A stretch of 64,000 nt of DNA from Gammaproteobacteria bacterium. GTDB taxonomy: Bacteria > Pseudomonadota > Gammaproteobacteria > Xanthomonadales > Wenzhouxiangellaceae. Of this stretch, positions 18,179-26,601 are shown piece by piece. Position numbers and translations under genes: made by a program. Positions within the stretch are counted from its first letter, which is position 1. Every line of letters begins with the position of its first letter. Under the pieces are notes generated by a model that was not told the DNA's origin, ran no database searches, and saw only the letters and a program-made list of their open reading frames with translations. Location of the stretch: positions 17,568 through 81,567 of the forward strand of contig PXBD01000008.1 of the NCBI GenBank assembly GCA_003565625.1, given 5' to 3'.

Positions 18179-20368
18179 TTAGTAACTGATGCGGGCATAG
18201 TAGGTTTTCTGGGCTGCCTCACGCGCCTGGGCCAGCGTGTGGATGCCCTGTTCGGCAAGCAGCGGGATCAGCTTGACCAGGATTTCGGCGGTGACCATGG
18301 CATCGCCGATCGCCGTGTGGCGACCGATGATGGTCAGCCCAAAGCGCTCGGCGATCGCCTCCAGACGATGCGAGTCCTGGTTTTCGTGCACCAGCGCCGA
18401 CAGCAGCAGGGTGTCGAGAACCGGGTGGTCGAAGCGCACCCCGGTCTGCTTTTCCTTGACCTGCAGGCAGCGCATGTCGAAGGCGGCATTGTGAGCCACC
18501 AGGACGGTGTCCTCGCAGAAGCTGTGAAACGCAGGCAGCACTTCGTTGATATTCGGCTGGCCCTTGACCATGTCGGGCGTGATGCCGTGAATGGGAATGC
18601 CGGCCGGCGGGATGATCCGCCGCGGATCGACCAGCTGGTCGAAAAATTCCTGGGTCAGCACCTTGCCGTTGACAATGCGAACCGCACCGATCTGGATGAT
18701 TTCATCACCGCCGGCCGGGTTGAGGCCGGTCGTCTCGGTGTCGAATACGGTATAGGTAAGCTCGGCGAGCGGGCTGTCCTCCAGGCTGCGGATTCGTGCC
18801 GTGGACTGGAACAGGTCGAAATCGTAGTACTCGGGCCGGCTTTCATGGCGTACGAAGGTGGCCGCGGGCAGTTCCTCCTGCGGATTGGCCAGCGGCAGCA
18901 GTATGCGGAAAAAGCAGCGTCGCCTGGCATCTCCGACTTCCTGTTCGATCCAGCAGTCGCCGCCGTGACGTTCGAGTACGTCGCGAACGCTCAACGACAG
19001 GGTTTCGGTGCCAATCCGAATCGGCTCGGTGTCCCAGCCGAGTTCGGCCTGCTGCCCGGTCTCCTGCGCCGGGTTCCAGATCAGATCCAGCACCCCCTTG
19101 CCTTCGTGGCTTCGAACGCGCAGCAATACCGAGCGCACCTGGCAATGCTCCTGCAGGCGACCGGCCAGATGGACGAGCGCCTGCAGCAGGGTAAAACTCT
19201 CGACCTTCAACCAGACCTCGTTGTCGCCTGGTTCCGCGTCGGCGGTCAAGTCAAGCTCGGAGACAATCCGGCGAATCCCCGCCTCGATCAGATCATCGCC
19301 GCGCATGTCCTCCAGCGGCCAGCGCGAGCGCAGTGCGGTTGAAGACGACTGCTGCATTTCGGCAATCCGCTGGCTCAGTCCCTGTACTTCCTCGCGGATC
19401 ACGCCCAGCAGGCGTTCGCGCATGCCATCGTCCAGGTCTGGATATTCCAGCACTTCGATGGCGGCCCTGGTGTTGGCAAGCGCGGCCCGGCTGCCTTCGG
19501 TCAGGCTGGTCAGTATTCGATCTTTCTCGGCGTCGGCCTGCATCTCGTCGGTGATGTTTTCGATCAGCAGCACGAAGCCGGTCATTCCGGCCGGCGCCCC
19601 GGCCGGGTCAGGCTTTGTCCCTGCATCACGAACGGGCGTCATCTGGATACGCAGCAGCTTACCTGAGGGTGTGGCGGTCACGAACTGGGCCGAAGGAGCA
19701 CCCGCACCGCGCTGCAAGCGCCGCTGGACGTTTTCGAGCGCGTGGGTTACCAGCTTCCGGTCCAGCACGGTGTAGATGGAACGTCCCAGTCCCATCAGCT
19801 CTGCGCCGCCGGCAACCCCCGGAGCGCGCGAAAGGCGCCGGAACTGCAGGCGAGCGCGATTGTTGTAGAGCAGAATGCGACCGTCGAGATTGCATACGAC
19901 CACGCTTTTGGTCAATTCCGACATCAGCGCGGCCAGGCGGTTTTTTTCCAGCTCGGTTTGCCGGCCGGCTTCGGCGATGCGGCCTTCCATGTCGGATTTC
20001 AAAGCCTCACGCTGGGCGACGAGGTCGCCGATCACCTGTGCCAGTCGCCGGTTCTCGCGGCTGCCGCGCACGGTGGGCGGGCGCTGGACGTCGGTTTCCA
20101 GCAGCAGCCGGGCTTCCTCGGCCAATTTTGCCGGTGCGCGCAGGTAATACTCAATCAGAAAACGCAGCCCGGCGGCGGTGGGCAGCAGTGAGCCGGCCCA
20201 CAGGAACAGCAGCAGCCCGCCCTTGCCGCCGAGCGCTTCGACGACCGTGCGCCAGTCTTCCGGATCCAGCACTGCCCACAGCAAGCCTCCGGCGATGCCG
20301 AGCCAGGCCAGGCAAATCAGCCCGACGATGGCAACGCCAATGGCCAGACGCCAGTCGAAGCGTCTCAC
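18179..20368 (-). CDS. Membrane-anchored PAS / degenerate histidine-kinase core / DEDDh 3'-5' exonuclease fusion
   Basis: 2 N-terminal TMs, coiled coil, PAS (VVVCNLDGRILLYN), C-terminal DnaQ-like domain (VFDTETTG, HNAAFD, HTAIGDA). Confidence 0.85.
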   Translation of the reverse strand: MRRFDWRLAIGVAIVGLICLAWLGIAGGLLWAVLDPEDWRTVVEALGGKGGLLLFLWAGSLLPTAAGLRFLIEYYLRAPAKLAEEARLLLETDVQRPPTVRGSRENRRLAQVIGDLVAQREALKSDMEGRIAEAGRQTELEKNRLAALMSELTKSVVVCNLDGRILLYNNRARLQFRRLSRAPGVAGGAELMGLGRSIYTVLDRKLVTHALENVQRRLQRGAGAPSAQFVTATPSGKLLRIQMTPVRDAGTKPDPAGAPAGMTGFVLLIENITDEMQADAEKDRILTSLTEGSRAALANTRAAIEVLEYPDLDDGMRERLLGVIREEVQGLSQRIAEMQQSSSTALRSRWPLEDMRGDDLIEAGIRRIVSELDLTADAEPGDNEVWLKVESFTLLQALVHLAGRLQEHCQVRSVLLRVRSHEGKGVLDLIWNPAQETGQQAELGWDTEPIRIGTETLSLSVRDVLERHGGDCWIEQEVGDARRRCFFRILLPLANPQEELPAATFVRHESRPEYYDFDLFQSTARIRSLEDSPLAELTYTVFDTETTGLNPAGGDEIIQIGAVRIVNGKVLTQEFFDQLVDPRRIIPPAGIPIHGITPDMVKGQPNINEVLPAFHSFCEDTVLVAHNAAFDMRCLQVKEKQTGVRFDHPVLDTLLLSALVHENQDSHRLEAIAERFGLTIIGRHTAIGDAMVTAEILVKLIPLLAEQGIHTLAQAREAAQKTYYARISY

Positions 20369-20739
20369 TGGTCTCGACCCAAAATGTCTCTGACCTGTTC
20401 GGCCAGGTCGCGGGTGGAAAAGGGCTTGACCACGTAGGCATCGGCGCCCAGCGCCTTGCCTTTGGTGATGTCGGTTTCCCGGCCCTTGGCGGTCAGCATG
20501 AGGATGCGAACCCCGCTGAGGGCGTCGTCGGCACGCACCTGCTGGCAGACTTCAAAACCGCTTTTGCCCGGCATCATGGCGTCAAGCAGAACCAGGTCGG
20601 GTCGCTGCCGGCGAATCATGTCCAGAGCCTCGTCGCCGTCGCGAGCCACCCCGACCTCGTACCCCTCGCGGCGCATCAGATATTCCAGCGAGATGACGAT
20701 GTTGGATTCGTCATCGGCGATCAGGATTTTCTTGGCCAT
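20365..20739 (-). CDS. Single-domain response regulator (receiver only)
   Basis: ILIADDE, LLDAMMP (phospho-Asp), LTA, VKPF; 124 aa with no output domain. Confidence 0.93.
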   Translation of the reverse strand: MAKKILIADDESNIVISLEYLMRREGYEVGVARDGDEALDMIRRQRPDLVLLDAMMPGKSGFEVCQQVRADDALSGVRILMLTAKGRETDITKGKALGADAYVVKPFSTRDLAEQVRDILGRDQ

Positions 20740-20760
20740 GTTGTCGTCCTCTCTATCTAC

Positions 20761-23508
20761 TTACGCCGTGCCGACTTCTTCGAGTCGTTTGCAGACCGGT
20801 TTGCGCGGCAGGAAAAAGCCGAAGGTGGCGCCGTCTCCCGGATTCGACTGTAACCACATTTCGCCGCCAAAGTGTTCAATGATCTGACGGCTGATCGGCA
20901 GACCCAGGCCGCTGCCGCCGTGCCCGCTATCGCCAACCTGACGAAATTTTTCAAACACCAGCGCCTGGTCGGCGGCCGGGATTCCGGGTCCATTATCCTC
21001 CACCGTGACGGTCACGCCATTGTCCCGGTCGCGGATCCGAATGTCGACCCGGCCTTGATCGGCCGGCACGAATTTCAGCGCATTGGACAACAGGTTGAGC
21101 AGCACCTGGACCAGGCGGTCAGGGTCGGCCTTGATCGGTCGGGCGGAATCGGGATTGTGCACCTGTACCGTAACATTGCGCTCCTCGAAGGCTGCCCGGG
21201 TGCTGTTGACCGCCTGGTTGACGATGTCTGGTATCAGGAGGTCGGTGTTGTGCCAGTCGGCGTGGCCGGCCTCGATCCGGGCCATGTCGAGGACCTGGCC
21301 AACCAGGCGGCTGAGGCGCTCGGTTTCGGTGGCCATGATGCCGAGGAATTCCTGGCGTTGCCCGGTCGGCATGTCGGGGTCATCGTGCATCATTTCGGTC
21401 AGGGCCCGGATCGAGGTCAGCGGCGTACGCAGCTCGTGGGTCACGGACGACATGAAGTCGTCCTTCAGGCGGTCCAGGCTCTTGAGCTGTTCGTTGGCGG
21501 CGCGCAGTTCTGCAGTCGCCTGCTCCAGCGAGCGCGATTTTTCTTCCAGCGCCTGGGAGTATCGCCGCAGCTGGGATGCCTCATCGAGAATGCGCAGCAC
21601 ATCATCGAGGCCGAGATCCTCTTCTTCCTCGACCACCGATGCAACCATGATGCGCGCCGAGGCGCTGCCGATGGCGCCGGCCAACTGCGTCTCGACCCGC
21701 TGCACCAGTCGAGCATCGGCATGCTCGCCGGCGGTCCCGGTTGACGATGCATGGTCTTCGAACATCTGGCGGGCGCGTGCGCGGCCGAGGAAGCGCTCGG
21801 TCAGCCGGATCAGGTCGCCGATCCGGGCACGTCCCTGCCAGAACACCGGCTGGCCCTCCTGGCCGCGCTGGAACACGTCCACGAACAGCAGCGCCTGGCT
21901 GGCTTCACGCGCGCTGGGGCGGGTGTACAGCGACACCATCACGTAGGCTGCAACGTTGGCCGTCAGGCTCCAGAACAGAGAGTGAGTCAGTCCGTCCAGT
22001 CCCTCCAGGCCAAAAAAGGCTTCTGGTCGCAGCCAGGTGAGCCCCAGCAGTCCTTGATCAACGAACCCCGACGGGATCCAGCCGGAACGGGCGATGGAGG
22101 GCAGCATCAGCGTGTAGACCCAGAAACCGAACCCGGCCGCCAGGCCAGCCAGTACGCCGGCTCGGGTCCCACCCTTCCAGTACATGCCGCCGAGAGCCGC
22201 CGGCGCAAACTGGGCCACGGCCGCGAAGCTGATCAAGCCGATGCTGACCAGCGCATAGGCTTCCCCGGCCAGGCGGTAATAGACATAGCCCAGCAGCAGC
22301 AATACCAGGATGGCCAGGCGGCGGATGGTCAGCAACAAGCGGGTCAGATCGCCGCCGGAGCGACCACGGAAGCGCCAGGTACGCAGCAACAGCGGCATCA
22401 CCAGGTCATTGCAGACCATAGTCGATACGGCAATGGCTTCGACGATGACCATGCCGGTGGCGGCCGATAGTCCGCCGATAAATACAAACAGGGCCAGCAG
22501 CTTCATCTGTTCGGCCAGCGGCAGCGACAACACAAACAGATCGGGATTGGCCCCGTTGTCGCCAAAGTACAGCAGTCCACCCAGTGCGATCGGCAGGACG
22601 AACAAATTGATCAGCAGAAGATAAACGGGGAAGACCCAGGCCGCCCTGCGCAAGTGGTTCTCATCGACGTTTTCCACCACCATGATCTGAAACTGGCGAG
22701 GCAGGAAAAGGAAAGCCAGCATGGCCAACAGCACCAGCGCAAACCACTGCGAGAAAATATGACGGCTGTCGCTGCCGGCATCAAAGCGCAGCAGACGGGC
22801 CAGACTGTCATCGGCCATGGCCCGACTGAAGATATCGCCAAGCCCATTGAACAGGCCGTAGACGACAAACACGCCCACCGCCAGGAAGGCCACCAGCTTG
22901 ACCAGAGATTCGAACGCGATGGCAGCCACCATGCCTTCATGGCGCTCGGTTACATCCAGGTGGCGCGTGCCGAACAGGACGATGAAGCCGGCCAGCGCCA
23001 GGGCCATGTACAGGGTGGAATCCTGCCACCAGTGACTGGCGCTGACCGGGTCGTGATCGACCGGTGTGGTCAGGATGGCATAGCCGCTGGAGATCGCTTT
23101 TAGCTGCAGGGCGATATAGGGAACGATGCCGACCACCGTGATCAGCGTGACCAGGCCGGCCAGCAGAGGGCTCTTGCCGTAGCGGCTGGCGATGAAATCG
23201 GCCACCGAGGTGATCCGGTAGGTGCGAGCGATGCGAATCATCTTCCGGATCAGCACCCATCCCAGGATCATCGCCAGGGTCGGGCCGAGGTAGATGGGGA
23301 GAAACCAGATGCCGTCGACCGCGGCCCGCCCGACGCTGCCGAAATAGGTCCAGGCCGTGGCGTAGACCGCAATCGACAGCGCGTAAACCCATGAACTTGC
23401 GATGATGGACCGGCCAGCAGCAGCGCGGCGGTCGCCGTACCAGGCAATGGCAAACAGCACTACCAGGTAGGCAAACGCAGTAGTGATGACGAGCGAAGGG
23501 GAAATCAT
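20761..23508 (-). CDS. SLC5(SSS)-STAC sensor histidine kinase (CbrA/CrbS-like, no PAS or REC)
   Basis: About 13 TM SSS domain (YATAWTYFGSVG, PRQFQIMVVE), STAC (RFLGRARA...LAGAIGSASAR), H-box THELRTPL, N-box NLLSNALKF, DNGPGI, GSGLGL; ATG 23508. Confidence 0.9.
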   Translation of the reverse strand: MISPSLVITTAFAYLVVLFAIAWYGDRRAAAGRSIIASSWVYALSIAVYATAWTYFGSVGRAAVDGIWFLPIYLGPTLAMILGWVLIRKMIRIARTYRITSVADFIASRYGKSPLLAGLVTLITVVGIVPYIALQLKAISSGYAILTTPVDHDPVSASHWWQDSTLYMALALAGFIVLFGTRHLDVTERHEGMVAAIAFESLVKLVAFLAVGVFVVYGLFNGLGDIFSRAMADDSLARLLRFDAGSDSRHIFSQWFALVLLAMLAFLFLPRQFQIMVVENVDENHLRRAAWVFPVYLLLINLFVLPIALGGLLYFGDNGANPDLFVLSLPLAEQMKLLALFVFIGGLSAATGMVIVEAIAVSTMVCNDLVMPLLLRTWRFRGRSGGDLTRLLLTIRRLAILVLLLLGYVYYRLAGEAYALVSIGLISFAAVAQFAPAALGGMYWKGGTRAGVLAGLAAGFGFWVYTLMLPSIARSGWIPSGFVDQGLLGLTWLRPEAFFGLEGLDGLTHSLFWSLTANVAAYVMVSLYTRPSAREASQALLFVDVFQRGQEGQPVFWQGRARIGDLIRLTERFLGRARARQMFEDHASSTGTAGEHADARLVQRVETQLAGAIGSASARIMVASVVEEEEDLGLDDVLRILDEASQLRRYSQALEEKSRSLEQATAELRAANEQLKSLDRLKDDFMSSVTHELRTPLTSIRALTEMMHDDPDMPTGQRQEFLGIMATETERLSRLVGQVLDMARIEAGHADWHNTDLLIPDIVNQAVNSTRAAFEERNVTVQVHNPDSARPIKADPDRLVQVLLNLLSNALKFVPADQGRVDIRIRDRDNGVTVTVEDNGPGIPAADQALVFEKFRQVGDSGHGGSGLGLPISRQIIEHFGGEMWLQSNPGDGATFGFFLPRKPVCKRLEEVGTA

Positions 23509-23699
23509 CGCTCGGATTTCTCCATCAGCCAGGCCAGAAGCAAGATCAGGATTGCCCAGGTCAGGAACAGACCGCCCGGTAACAGCGGGATCCCGAATAC
23601 GGTCGCGTCCCGATCCCAGAGCGCGAGCAGCGGAAAACTGACCAGCAGCCAGCCCAGGCCGAACAGGGCAATCAGGCGCTGGGCGAGCAGGTGTTTCAA
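23505..23699 (-). CDS. Small 2-TM membrane protein translationally coupled to the SSS kinase
   Basis: 64 aa, two hydrophobic helices (FPLLALW...FGIPLL); 4-nt overlaps with both neighbours. Confidence 0.75.
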   Translation of the reverse strand: MKHLLAQRLIALFGLGWLLVSFPLLALWDRDATVFGIPLLPGGLFLTWAILILLLAWLMEKSER

Positions 23700-24232
23700 G
23701 GCCTCTCCGCGCTTGGGTCGCTGCAGGCTGCTGCCAGGGCGGGATCATCAGGGCTCAGGCGACGCCACCGGGCTCCTCGCAGCTGGCCGTCTGCATCCAG
23801 TTCCACGTCGGCCGACAGGTCGGCTCGGCGGTTGTTGATGCAGTCGAAAACCACCGGAATCTGGCGTGCCGGCATCCAGCGGCCGAGCAGCAGAACGCTG
23901 GTCATGACCCGACCCGGTTGTTCGGTATGGGTGCGGTTGCGATTGGTGTCCACCGCGACCAGGCGCAGGCTGAGCGGCTTCAGATAGGTCCAGGGCCGAT
24001 ACCACATCGACTCGCTGCTGGCCGACACCACGACCACGCCTTCGGGCAGGTTGTCACTGGTTCGGGGGAGCCATGAATATTCCATCCAGACCATGAACGC
24101 AATCATGGAAGCGCCCGCGCCGGCCGGAACCAGCCAGCCGGGCAGGCGCTTGCCGGCGACGAAATTTACGGCCATGATCACTCCGGCCACGCCGAGTCCG
24201 AGTGCAACGGCTGCAAGGAATTCAATGAGCAT
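23696..24232 (-). CDS. Hypothetical membrane protein downstream of actP
   Basis: 178 aa, 2 N-terminal TMs, EYSW and WYRPWTY motifs, two Cys in the soluble part. Confidence 0.75.
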   Translation of the reverse strand: MLIEFLAAVALGLGVAGVIMAVNFVAGKRLPGWLVPAGAGASMIAFMVWMEYSWLPRTSDNLPEGVVVVSASSESMWYRPWTYLKPLSLRLVAVDTNRNRTHTEQPGRVMTSVLLLGRWMPARQIPVVFDCINNRRADLSADVELDADGQLRGARWRRLSPDDPALAAACSDPSAERP

Positions 24233-24268
24233 GGTTCATGCTTCCAGAAACAGAATGGTCAAAACAAG

Positions 24269-24294
24269 CCTGCCCGGCAACGAGGCCGGGCAGG
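24269..24294 (-). terminator. Probable intrinsic terminator after actP
   Basis: 10-bp stem CCTGCCCGGC/GCCGGGCAGG, 6-nt loop, followed on the minus strand by CTTGTTTT. Confidence 0.65.
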
Positions 24295-24356
24295 GAAGGG
24301 GTGGATCCCGCCGGGTTGCAAGCCGGCGGTCGGGCCGCAACCCGTGGGTTGAGTAG

Positions 24357-26129
24357 TTAGTGGTCGACTGCGCCACTGGCACCGCGCGGTACGCGAATAC
24401 TCTCGACCAGTTCCTGGATGTGCTCGGGCGGTTCGGCGGTCATCTTCATCACGATATAGGCCGCGGTGAAGTTCAGGGCCGCGCCAATCGCGCCGAACGA
24501 CAGCGGCGAGATGCCGAACAGCCAGTTATCCGGGGTGTTGGGCAGCATGTTGGTGCCCGGAACGAAGAACCAGCCCAGGTAGGTGAAGATGTAGAGCAGG
24601 GTCGTGATCAGGCCGACCAGCATGCCGGCCACGGCGCCCTGGGTGTTCATCTTCTTGGAGAAGATGCCCAGCATCAGGGCCGGGAACAGGGTCGCGGCGG
24701 CCAAGCCAAAGGCCAGCGCGACCACCTGGGCGGCGAAGCCGGGTGGATTGAGTCCCAGCCAGGTCGCCAGGGCGATCGCGAACGCCATCGATATTCGCGC
24801 GGCCATCAGCTCCTGTTTGTCGGTAATTTTCGGCAACAGCACCGATTTGAGGAGGTCGTGGCTGACTGCCGAGGAGATCGCCAGCAGCAGGCCGGCCGCC
24901 GTCGACAGCGCAGCCGCCAGCCCCCCGGCGGCGATCAGCGCGAGTACCCAGGGTGGCAGCTGGGCAATTTCCGGGTTGGCGAGTACCAGAATGTCGCGGT
25001 TGAAGGTCACCATTTCATTGCCTTCCCAACCGCGTTCCGCGGCAATCGAGGCGAACTCCTCCGAGTCATCGTTGTAGTACTGGATGCGCCCGTCGTTGTT
25101 CTTGTCCTCGAAGGCGAGCAGTCCCGTCTGTTCCCAGCTGTGCATCCAGTCCGGCCGTTCGTCGTAGCGAATCGGCTCGGCCGAGGTGCCGTCAGGATAG
25201 ATCGTGGTGATGATGTTCAGTCGTGCCATCGCGCCCACGGCCGGTGCCGTCAGGTAGAGCAGGGCGATGAATACCAGCGCCCAGCCGGCCGACTTGCGGG
25301 CATCGGCGACCCTGGGTACGGTGAAGAAGCGGATGATGACGTGCGGCAGACCGGCGGTGCCAATCATCAGCGACAGGGTGAACAGCGCCATGTTGAGCAA
25401 CGAGCCATGATGGCCGGTGTAATCCCGAAAGCCCAGTTCCATCAGGACTTCATCCAGTTTGGCCAGCAACGGCATGCCGGATTCGGCATGGGTGGAAAAC
25501 AGGCCCAGGGGCGGGATCGGGTTGTTGGTCAGCTGCATCGAGATGAACACCGCCGGGATGGTGTAGGCGGTGATCAGAACGCAGTACTGGGCTAGCTGGG
25601 TGTAGGTGATGCCCTTCATGCCGCCAAGTACGGCATAGATGAAGACCACGGCCGCGGCGATCAGCAGTCCGGTGGTGTTCTGTACTTCCAGGAAGCGCGA
25701 GAAAGCCACGCCGGCCCCGGTCATCTGGCCGATCACGTAGGTGATCGAGCACACCAGGAGGCAGACGACGGCGACGATACGCGCGGTCTGGCTGTAAAAA
25801 CGGTCGCCGATGAACTCCGGTACCGTGAAACGACCGAATTTGCGCAGGTAGGGTGCCAGCAGTAACGCGAGCAGGACGTAGCCGCCGGTCCAGCCCATCA
25901 GGAAGCTGGAGTTGCCGTAGCCGACGAAGGCGATCAGACCGGCCATCGAGATGAATGAAGCCGCCGACATCCAGTCGGCCGCCGTGGCCGCGCCGTTGAC
26001 GATGGGGTTGACGCCGCGACTTGCGGCATAGAAATCCGAGGTCGTACCGGCGCGCGCCCAGATGGCAATACCGATATAGAGCGCGAACGAGCCGCCGACG
26101 ACGAGGAGATTCAGTGTGAATTGGTCCAT
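24357..26129 (-). CDS. actP: Sodium:solute symporter, acetate permease ActP-like (VC_2705-type)
   Basis: AADWMSAASF, APYLRKFGRFTVPEFIGDRF, GTAGLPHVIIRFFTVP; context with acs and crbSR. Confidence 0.88.
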   Translation of the reverse strand: MDQFTLNLLVVGGSFALYIGIAIWARAGTTSDFYAASRGVNPIVNGAATAADWMSAASFISMAGLIAFVGYGNSSFLMGWTGGYVLLALLLAPYLRKFGRFTVPEFIGDRFYSQTARIVAVVCLLVCSITYVIGQMTGAGVAFSRFLEVQNTTGLLIAAAVVFIYAVLGGMKGITYTQLAQYCVLITAYTIPAVFISMQLTNNPIPPLGLFSTHAESGMPLLAKLDEVLMELGFRDYTGHHGSLLNMALFTLSLMIGTAGLPHVIIRFFTVPRVADARKSAGWALVFIALLYLTAPAVGAMARLNIITTIYPDGTSAEPIRYDERPDWMHSWEQTGLLAFEDKNNDGRIQYYNDDSEEFASIAAERGWEGNEMVTFNRDILVLANPEIAQLPPWVLALIAAGGLAAALSTAAGLLLAISSAVSHDLLKSVLLPKITDKQELMAARISMAFAIALATWLGLNPPGFAAQVVALAFGLAAATLFPALMLGIFSKKMNTQGAVAGMLVGLITTLLYIFTYLGWFFVPGTNMLPNTPDNWLFGISPLSFGAIGAALNFTAAYIVMKMTAEPPEHIQELVESIRVPRGASGAVDH

Positions 26130-26147
26130 TTGATGTTCGCTCCCTGA

Positions 26148-26414
26148 TTACTGTTCGTCGACGCCGAATTCGCGATCTATCCGGTTCATGTACCAGGTGT
26201 AGTAGAAAATCAGCACGATGAAGGTGAGAATCGATCCTTGCTGGGCAAACCAGAAACCCAGATCAACGCCGCCGATGGTCAGCGGGAGCATGGCCAGCAG
26301 GGGCCTGAGAAAGATCGCAAAGCCATAAGAAACGATGGCCCAGATGATCAGGCAGATGGTGATGATCCTGATGTTGGCCGACCAGTAAGCGGCGGCTGAT
26401 TTGTCTTCAGACAT
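26148..26414 (-). CDS. DUF4212 small membrane subunit of SSS transporter
   Basis: AYWSANI...LGFWFAQQGSI...MNRIDREFGV; ATG 26414 preceded by GAGG RBS. Confidence 0.88.
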   Translation of the reverse strand: MSEDKSAAAYWSANIRIITICLIIWAIVSYGFAIFLRPLLAMLPLTIGGVDLGFWFAQQGSILTFIVLIFYYTWYMNRIDREFGVDEQ

Positions 26415-26456
26415 GGAGACCTCTTCCCTCGTCAGGTGGTGGATTGTTGTCGCGTC

Positions 26457-26500
26457 AGTGTATTCAGCCCGTTGGGGAAAACCCATACGACCATAGTAGG
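26457..26500 (-). promoter_or_regulatory. Probable activator-dependent promoter of DUF4212-actP (-10 TACACT plus GAC-N4-GTA box)
   Basis: AGTGTA at 26457-26462 and CCCATACGACCATAGTAGG at 26482-26500; matches the acs upstream region in sequence and spacing. Confidence 0.65.
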
Positions 26501-26601
26501 CTGTTGGCGCTGCGCTCCTGCTATGATTCGGTTTCGCGCAGCGACCAGAACATGATGTTCATGCCCCCTTACCGGCAAGCGCCCGATCCGCTGGACTGCT
26601 G

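Noticed and set aside
18179-18760. Calling the DEDDh protein the replicative DNA polymerase III epsilon (dnaQ)
   Set aside because: It is membrane-anchored, fused to PAS and a pseudo-kinase region, lacks the context of dnaQ (rnhA), and sits in a transporter operon
20761-23748. 995-aa version of the SSS kinase, and similarly extended starts for metK, NERD, mnmG, the M17 peptidase and MATE
   Set aside because: The extensions overlap neighbouring genes or are non-homologous low-complexity sequence; downstream ATGs match the family N-termini
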